From positions 9,247 through 73,246 of the forward strand of contig CAWASW010000005.1 in NCBI GenBank assembly GCA_963784785.1: 64,000 bases of DNA, in the 5' to 3' direction. The translations under genes were made by a program, and so were the position numbers. Under the pieces are notes generated by a model. It saw only the letters and a program-made list of their open reading frames with translations. It was not told the origin of the DNA and searched no databases. Origin of the DNA: Candidatus Woesebacteria bacterium. GTDB taxonomy: Bacteria; Patescibacteriota; Microgenomatia; UBA8517. Each line of letters begins with the position of its first letter. Position 1 is the stretch's first letter. Shown here in pieces: positions 57,928 to 64,000 of this stretch.

Positions 57928-58805
57928 TCAAAAAGATAACTAAAGCAGTCATTCCAGCGGCAGGATTTGGTACCCGTTTTCTTCCTCAAACAAAGGCAAT
58001 GCCTAAAGAAATGCTCCCAATTGTAGACAAACCTGTAATTCAATATGTTGTAGAAGAGGCAGTAGAAAGTGGCATCAAAGACATTGTAATCGTCACAGGA
58101 TCATCTAAAAGGGCAATAGAAGATCATTTTGATATGCCAAATGCAGATTTGGTTAATAATTTAATTCAAGGTGGAAAGGAAAAACTTTTGGAAGAAGTAA
58201 GAAGGATCGCAGAGATGGCCAATTTTATATATGTTAGGCAAAAAGGATTGTATGGAAATGGAACGCCAGTATTATCTGCTGAATCAGTAATTGGAAATGA
58301 AAGTTTTGCTGTTCTTTGGGGCGATGAATTTATAAGTTCTAATCCTCCACGACTTGCTCAGATGATGAAAGTCTATGAAAAATATGGTGGAGTAGTTATT
58401 TCAGGAGTTAGAATTGAATCAAAAGATAGATTATCAAGGTATGGAATTGCAGATTTAACTCCAGTTGAAGATAAGGTATTTAAAATAAATAAAATTGTAG
58501 AAAAACCACTTCCTGAAGAAGCTCCGTCAAATTTGGCTACGCATGGTGCTTATATCTTGCCTCCAGAAGTATTTCCTGCACTTCGAGGTCTTAAACCTAC
58601 TAAAGGTGGAGAAATTTGGTTAACAGATGCTATAAATGTATTAAGAGAACAGGGAGTGCCAGTTTATGCTTGTGAGATAGAAAATGGAACATATTATGAT
58701 ACAGGTAATAAAATTGAATATTTAAAAACTGTCATTGAATTTGCCCTTAGACACAAAGATTTAAATGGTGAATTTAGGGAATACCTCAAAAGTCTAAAAA
58801 TATAA
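57924..58805 (+). CDS. galU: UTP--glucose-1-phosphate uridylyltransferase
   Basis: KAVIPAAGFGTRFLP.TKA.PKEMLPIVDKP, VEKP, GEI.LTDAI. Confidence 0.95.
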   Translation: MIKKITKAVIPAAGFGTRFLPQTKAMPKEMLPIVDKPVIQYVVEEAVESGIKDIVIVTGSSKRAIEDHFDMPNADLVNNLIQGGKEKLLEEVRRIAEMANFIYVRQKGLYGNGTPVLSAESVIGNESFAVLWGDEFISSNPPRLAQMMKVYEKYGGVVISGVRIESKDRLSRYGIADLTPVEDKVFKINKIVEKPLPEEAPSNLATHGAYILPPEVFPALRGLKPTKGGEIWLTDAINVLREQGVPVYACEIENGTYYDTGNKIEYLKTVIEFALRHKDLNGEFREYLKSLKI

Positions 58806-59980
58806 TGCAACGCAATAAGCGGTTGATGTTCACCACAAGGTTTTTTATAGAACTTAAATCGCTCTATGCAGTTGTCCAACTTTTTTATTTATCTAGGGGA
58901 CTTAATGCTTCAGAAATAATTTATTTAAGTTTGATTTGGAGTGCTACTACACTTCTAGGAGATTTACCGTCAAGCATCGTTGCTGACAGATTTGGCAGAA
59001 AAAAGACAATAATGTTAGGTATCTTTTTAACCGCAATTTCGACCTTTATTCTATTTTTTGCAAAAGGTTTTTGGCAAATTATTCCGGTGCATATAATTGG
59101 AGCTCTCGGAGTTTCATTTTTCTCCGGTGCGGATCAAGCGCTTTTGTATGATTCTGTTAAACAATTGGGTCAGGAGAAATCTATGAGTAGAATTGCAGGT
59201 AAATATTTCTCTAGCGCTAGTTTACCAAAAATTGTAGTCCCCCTTTTGGGTAGCTTAATTGCTAGAAATTTGTTACCACAACAATTTTTAGTTTTGATAA
59301 TCATAGATTTTGTAGGAATGATAATTGCTTTAATAACCTCAATGTTCTTAACAGAACCAAAAATAAAACATAAATTTAACAATAACATGGAATATTTAAA
59401 AACGGGATTGGAATTAATTTCAAAAGATAAGATACTTTTGAAACTCGCTTTAAATAAAATTATGGTTCTGCAAGCTGCCTTTGTATATTGGAGAATATAC
59501 CAAATCCTACTTCAAAATGCTCAGATGCCAATTATCTACTTAGGTCTTGTCTATACTGTTTTTCAGGGGATTACTTTTCTTACACATTGGAATACAGAAA
59601 AGGTGCAAAAGTTTTTTGGTCCTGTGAACTTTGCAATACTTCCCCAAATATTAGGTTTTATTGGAATAGCCTTTTCACTATTAAGCACTAATCTTGTAGT
59701 TATTTTTATTTCTTGTGTTGTAGTTATATTGGTAGGGACATTTAGGGATCCATTCTTTATGACCCAAATGCAGGCAAGAATTCCATCAAGTAACAGGGCA
59801 ACTGCAACTTCTGCCCTAAACACAATCAAAAATAGTAGCGATATTCCAATACTACTATTAATCGGATACCTAGCGAGTATAAACATAAACTATGTTTTAG
59901 TAGTCTCAGGCATAATGTTTCTCTCCTCAATTATATTTTTAAGAATTAAAAAAGAAGACCTCCAGTTGGCTTCAGACTAA
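58805..59980 (+). CDS. MFS transporter
   Basis: About 12 TM helices, ADRFGRKK motif A, SGAD.ALLYDS, IPS..RAT..S. Confidence 0.88.
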   Translation: MQRNKRLMFTTRFFIELKSLYAVVQLFYLSRGLNASEIIYLSLIWSATTLLGDLPSSIVADRFGRKKTIMLGIFLTAISTFILFFAKGFWQIIPVHIIGALGVSFFSGADQALLYDSVKQLGQEKSMSRIAGKYFSSASLPKIVVPLLGSLIARNLLPQQFLVLIIIDFVGMIIALITSMFLTEPKIKHKFNNNMEYLKTGLELISKDKILLKLALNKIMVLQAAFVYWRIYQILLQNAQMPIIYLGLVYTVFQGITFLTHWNTEKVQKFFGPVNFAILPQILGFIGIAFSLLSTNLVVIFISCVVVILVGTFRDPFFMTQMQARIPSSNRATATSALNTIKNSSDIPILLLIGYLASININYVLVVSGIMFLSSIIFLRIKKEDLQLASD

Positions 59981-60013
59981 ACCCATAAGCAGAGCTTGTC
60001 GTAACCGATAGTA

Positions 60014-60076
60014 TTGACATTTATCCTCAGACATGATATTCTGTTTTAAGTTAAAAAGTCTGTTTGCACTTTAAAA
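60014..60076 (+). promoter_or_regulatory. sigma70 promoter followed by boxA-like element
   Basis: TTGACA-N17-TATTCT with extended TG (60014-60042); TGCACTTTAAAA at 60065-60076. Confidence 0.55.
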
Positions 60077-60165
60077 TTTCCCTCAAATTTGCACCCTTTT
60101 AATTAAGAGGTGCCCAAACAAATTGTGTTTTTCAAAATTCATATTAGTTATAAGGAGATTAAATC

Positions 60166-60897
60166 ATGGATACCAATACTATTTTAACACCACATGGTAC
60201 TATTCTCGTATCAGTACCTGAAGGAAAGCAACGTTTTCAGTTCACCCTTAACGGTCAGCTGATCACCGAGCCTGTTCACAGCCTCGTGGCTACACTCAAA
60301 ACCGCACGCGCAGATTTCCAGTATGTGTACGGCATGGGACCGGACGGTTGGGATGACATCACTCGTCGTGAGACTGGTGGTGGTGGTGTCGGTGATGTCG
60401 TATTCTCGATCATCAAGCGTGATCTTTGGATTGGCTTGGTCGAGCAAACGCGCGCCTATCAATCGATTGACCCGATTAAGAACATCCTTCGCGGTTACCT
60501 CGTTTCGGGCGAAACTCGTGAACAACGCGCAGTATCAACGGCTAAAACAGACGGCGGTATGGATCAGTTTTTGATCTTCCCTCTGCCTGGCGCGCCGCAA
60601 AACACCAATAACGCGTTTAACGAAACTTGGCAAAACGGCGGTGATGGCATAACCGACTGCGGCATATTCGTTCCGAGCAAGCATCTTGTTGCAAAAGATG
60701 ATACATATGTATTTAAGCCCAATGTAATCAATCCTCCTAGTGATCAAACACGCAAGATCCTTGGATGTCATTTCATCCACTGGGCAGACTCTGCTCGGCT
60801 TGGTGATATGATGACCACATCCGGCGGTTATCGTCTCATGGCTTTCTTGCATGAAATTGGTGTTATGAAAGCCTCTTTCAGCAGGTTCGATTCGTAA
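60166..60897 (+). CDS. Hypothetical protein, weakly NUDIX/ADP-ribose pyrophosphatase-like
   Basis: 243 aa, SD AAGGAG, GC-richer than flanks; IGLVEQ.R and RGY..SGE.....A but no REUXEE. Confidence 0.65.
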   Translation: MDTNTILTPHGTILVSVPEGKQRFQFTLNGQLITEPVHSLVATLKTARADFQYVYGMGPDGWDDITRRETGGGGVGDVVFSIIKRDLWIGLVEQTRAYQSIDPIKNILRGYLVSGETREQRAVSTAKTDGGMDQFLIFPLPGAPQNTNNAFNETWQNGGDGITDCGIFVPSKHLVAKDDTYVFKPNVINPPSDQTRKILGCHFIHWADSARLGDMMTTSGGYRLMAFLHEIGVMKASFSRFDS

Positions 60898-61162
60898 TAA
60901 AATTTGTTTGGGCGCTCTCTAATGTTCCTCACGGTCTCGTAAAAGTTTGATGGCAATTGCTGCTGTTGAATTTGAGATCGTGAGGGATTTTTAGAAAGTT
61001 TTGCCTGTGTGGTATTTGTAAATAAAAGTTTGAATTAAAAAATCAAATAATAAAAAACAATACCGCACGGCAAGAACAAATTCTCCAAAAAGGACTATTT
61101 TGATACTTGACTTTATGTTTAGCCCTGCTAATATACAAATATGTATATAAAAAGGTCTGTTT

Positions 61163-62808
61163 CCTGACTTCGCCAATTAAGTGCCCTGAATAAAAGATAG
61201 AAGTTTGGTATTTTTAAGAAGTTGAAGTTGCTCTGTTGTTGGTTCTGTAAATTTTGATATTTCTTCATTTGAGATTTTGTCTTTGATAGTAATTTCTTTT
61301 AAGCTTGATAGAATTTGTAGTATCTTTTTTGTGCTTTTGTTGTTTTTAATTTCTGCATATCTTGTAATTGCAAGACTGGTAAAAACAATTAACATGTGGG
61401 TTAATATTTTTTCTTTGGCTGTATGAAATATTGGTCTAGCTTGGAGGTCTGATTTTGTGATTCTAAATGCCTTTTCAACTTGCCAGAGTTCTTGATATTT
61501 GGTAATTATTTCTGTGTTTGTTAATTCTAGTGCATTTGTAACATAACCTTTTAAGCCTTCAAGCTGTTCTGCTTTTTTAAGTTTAGCTTCATTTATTTTC
61601 CATTCTTTTTTAATTCCCTTTTCTTTTTTTAGAAATTTGTAGTTTTTAGTTAAGTTGCTTGGATTATTTAGTGCATAATTTGCTCTTTTTAATTGTTTTT
61701 CTCTGTCTGATTTGTCTTTTGATGCTCTTTTGACTGAGTAGTTGATAATTAAAAATTTAGTTTTTGTAAGTTCAAATCTTTCTGTAGAGCCATCTATTTT
61801 AGGTACACTAATTACTTTTTCAAAAATAGTTTTGTCTAAATTACCAAGTCTTGCTCCAACTATAAACTTTAAGTTTTCTTTTTCCAATTCATCTGTATTT
61901 TTCTCACTTAACATACCAGCATCTGCAACAAGAATAATGTCTTTCAAGGAATGCTTTTTGATGAGGTCTTTCATTACAGGAAGCATTGTGTGGCCTTCAA
62001 AAGTATTTCCTTCAAAAGCCTGCATATGAACAGGGAAACCTTGTTTTGTGACTGTTAAGGAAACAACTATTTGAGGTTGATTTGATTTTTTGTCTTTTGA
62101 AAAGCCATTTTTTCTAAAATCATCTTCTGTAAAAGATTCATAATATAAAGTTGTGACATCAAAAAATAAAACTGAAATTACAGATGAAATATTTGTTTTG
62201 GCAAAATTAAATAACAAATCCTCAACTATCTCTTTGTAGCCACCATCAAAGGCTTTTTTCATGCCTCTGTAGATTTCTGTAAGTGAGTATTTGTGATTTA
62301 ATTTCTCTTCAAGATAATTTCTAGTTTCAAGTTTTGAAGTTGGATTTAAAATTCTTGCAATAACAAGATCCTTAAAACAATTGTCTTTTAAGTCATTTAA
62401 ACCTAAAAAATGATAGTAAAAATCAAAAAAATTGTAAGAGACAGTATCCATTACTTTGCCAAAAGTTACCTTTGAAAGTAGCTCTTTAAGTTCAGATTGA
62501 TTAAATCTGTTGTCAAAAAGTGAAATTCTTCCTTCTTTGATACGACAATCATCAATGTATTTTAAGCCTAATTTTGTAAGTTCAATTAGCTCCAACTCAT
62601 TTCTTGCAGTTCCAATGTGCTTCACTATTTTTCTTCTTCCTGAAACTTTTTGGGCAACTTGAACTGATGTATTAGATTTGTTTTTGACCTTTCTTAAGTA
62701 CATTCAAACCTAATTTTAGCAAATAAAACAGTAAGTGCCCTAAAGTACATAAAAATACAAACAATTAGCCTCAAGAAGTTACATAAAAACTAGGTTGGCG
62801 AAGTCAGG
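61163..62808 (-). mobile_element. IS1634-family insertion sequence, copy 3 (1646 bp)
   Basis: Same IRs; 166-bp direct repeat at 60997-61162 and 62809-62974. Confidence 0.92.
61177..62703 (-). CDS. IS1634-family DDE transposase
   Basis: Protein identical to copy 2. Confidence 0.92.
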   Translation of the reverse strand: MYLRKVKNKSNTSVQVAQKVSGRRKIVKHIGTARNELELIELTKLGLKYIDDCRIKEGRISLFDNRFNQSELKELLSKVTFGKVMDTVSYNFFDFYYHFLGLNDLKDNCFKDLVIARILNPTSKLETRNYLEEKLNHKYSLTEIYRGMKKAFDGGYKEIVEDLLFNFAKTNISSVISVLFFDVTTLYYESFTEDDFRKNGFSKDKKSNQPQIVVSLTVTKQGFPVHMQAFEGNTFEGHTMLPVMKDLIKKHSLKDIILVADAGMLSEKNTDELEKENLKFIVGARLGNLDKTIFEKVISVPKIDGSTERFELTKTKFLIINYSVKRASKDKSDREKQLKRANYALNNPSNLTKNYKFLKKEKGIKKEWKINEAKLKKAEQLEGLKGYVTNALELTNTEIITKYQELWQVEKAFRITKSDLQARPIFHTAKEKILTHMLIVFTSLAITRYAEIKNNKSTKKILQILSSLKEITIKDKISNEEISKFTEPTTEQLQLLKNTKLLSFIQGT

Positions 62809-62952
62809 AGTTTTGCCTGTGTGGTATTTGTAAATAAAAGTTTGAATTAAAAAATCAAATAATAAAAAACAATACCGCACGGCAAGAACAAATTCTCCAA
62901 AAAGGACTATTTTGATACTTGACTTTATGTTTAGCCCTGCTAATATACAAAT

Positions 62953-64000
62953 ATGTATATAAAAAGGTCTGTTTTACCCAGTTTAATCGGGCACCTCGAT
63001 AATGATGAAATCTCTCTTTTGGTGGGTCCAAGGCAATCTGGCAAAACCACTTTGATGCTTGAGCTGATAGAGAAACTTAAAAGTGAGGGTAAAAAATATA
63101 TCTATCTTAATTTGGATATTGAAAAAGATAATATTTATTTTGTATCACAATCTAAACTACTTGAAAAAATTAAATCAATATTAGGAAACGAAAAAGGATA
63201 TGTTTTTATCGATGAAATTCAAAAGAAAGAAAATGCCGGTATATTCCTCAAAGGAATATATGACATGAAACTCCCTTATAAGTTTGTTGTTACTGGGTCA
63301 GGTTCTATAGAATTAAAGGAAAAAATATATGAATCTTTAGCGGGAAGAAAAAGAGTTTTTGAGATCTCTCCATTGTCTTTTGAGGAATTTGTTAATTATA
63401 AAACTGAATATTTATATGAAGGAAAATTAGATGAGTTTTTTAGAATTAATGAGTCTACTGGTATTGAATTGTTAAATGAATATATGATGTTTGGTGGCTA
63501 CCCTAAAGTTGTGATAAATGATACTTTTGAAGAGAAAAGACTAGTTTTGGAAGATATTTTTAAGAGTTTTATAGAAAAAGACATACAAGTACTTTTGAAA
63601 GTTGAAAAAAGTGATGTTTTAATAAATTTGCTAAAAATTTTAGGTAGTCAAAACGGAAGATTAACTAATTTTAACGAATTATCAAACACTTTAAATATTT
63701 CAGTACAAACAGTCAAAAAATACATATGGTATTTAGAAGAAACTTATATTCTTAATAAGTCTTTACCATTTTTTAAGAATGTCAGAAAAGAAATTACAAA
63801 ATCTCCTATTTATTATTTTGTTGATTTAGGTCTTAGGAACTATCTTTTGGATGTTCATATGTTCGATTCAATTATTGATAAAGGTTTTCTATTTCAAAAT
63901 TTTGTTTTTAATGAAGTCAAAAAAATTTATAGTATTTCTGTGTCTCCAATTAAGTTTTGGAGAACAAAACAAGGTGCTGAGGTGGACATCGTAATTGATG
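62953..64000 (+). CDS. AAA+ ATPase with DUF4143-like C-terminus, truncated by the window end (not in ORF track)
   Basis: Manual translation: MYIKRS..., GPRQSGKTT, FIDEIQK, VTGSGS, FGGYP, YFVDLGLRN, FWRTKQGAEVDIV. Confidence 0.88.
   Translation, partial: MYIKRSVLPSLIGHLDNDEISLLVGPRQSGKTTLMLELIEKLKSEGKKYIYLNLDIEKDNIYFVSQSKLLEKIKSILGNEKGYVFIDEIQKKENAGIFLKGIYDMKLPYKFVVTGSGSIELKEKIYESLAGRKRVFEISPLSFEEFVNYKTEYLYEGKLDEFFRINESTGIELLNEYMMFGGYPKVVINDTFEEKRLVLEDIFKSFIEKDIQVLLKVEKSDVLINLLKILGSQNGRLTNFNELSNTLNISVQTVKKYIWYLEETYILNKSLPFFKNVRKEITKSPIYYFVDLGLRNYLLDVHMFDSIIDKGFLFQNFVFNEVKKIYSISVSPIKFWRTKQGAEVDIVID

Noticed and set aside
1-64000. CRISPR array, cas genes, reverse transcriptase (retron/DGR), tnpB, rRNA or prophage structural genes
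   Set aside because: No repeat-spacer array or diagnostic motifs seen in the sequence or the ORF track.

Overview
AT-rich bacterial chromosome segment, most likely from a Patescibacteria/CPR (Microgenomates-like) genome. This is inferred from class I LysRS, DUF5652/DUF5674-like proteins, Pro/Thr-linker secreted proteins and mostly SD-less genes. Core genes include a DEAD-box helicase, dus, mltG, sod, lon, greA, lysS, serS, rarA, secA, tgt, prfB, ftsEX, galE and galU, plus tRNA-Gln(CTG) and tRNA-Glu(CTC). They are interrupted by a recent transposon burst: three 1646-bp IS1634-family copies with 65, 132 and 166-bp target duplications, three identical 517-bp IS200 copies, a second IS200, an IS3, two IS256-like elements and four identical 195-bp MITEs. 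Most interesting candidates: (1) two unrelated, compositionally foreign genes (9994-10320 and 60166-60897) share a pre-rRNA-like wrapper of promoter, identical boxA-like TTGCACTTTAAAATT, leader arm complementary to the sequence just after the stop codon, strong SD and downstream long hairpin; (2) a ~570-nt highly structured non-coding region (7480-8050) that folds best on the minus strand; (3) a perfect 95-bp inverted repeat bracketing a collagen-like gene next to a truncated serine recombinase and tRNA-Gln; (4) a circularly permuted M23 domain after ftsEX; (5) a TSP1-repeat adhesin with a dedicated sortase; (6) C55 in the T-loop of both tRNAs. All calls are by eye; no database search or folding program was run.
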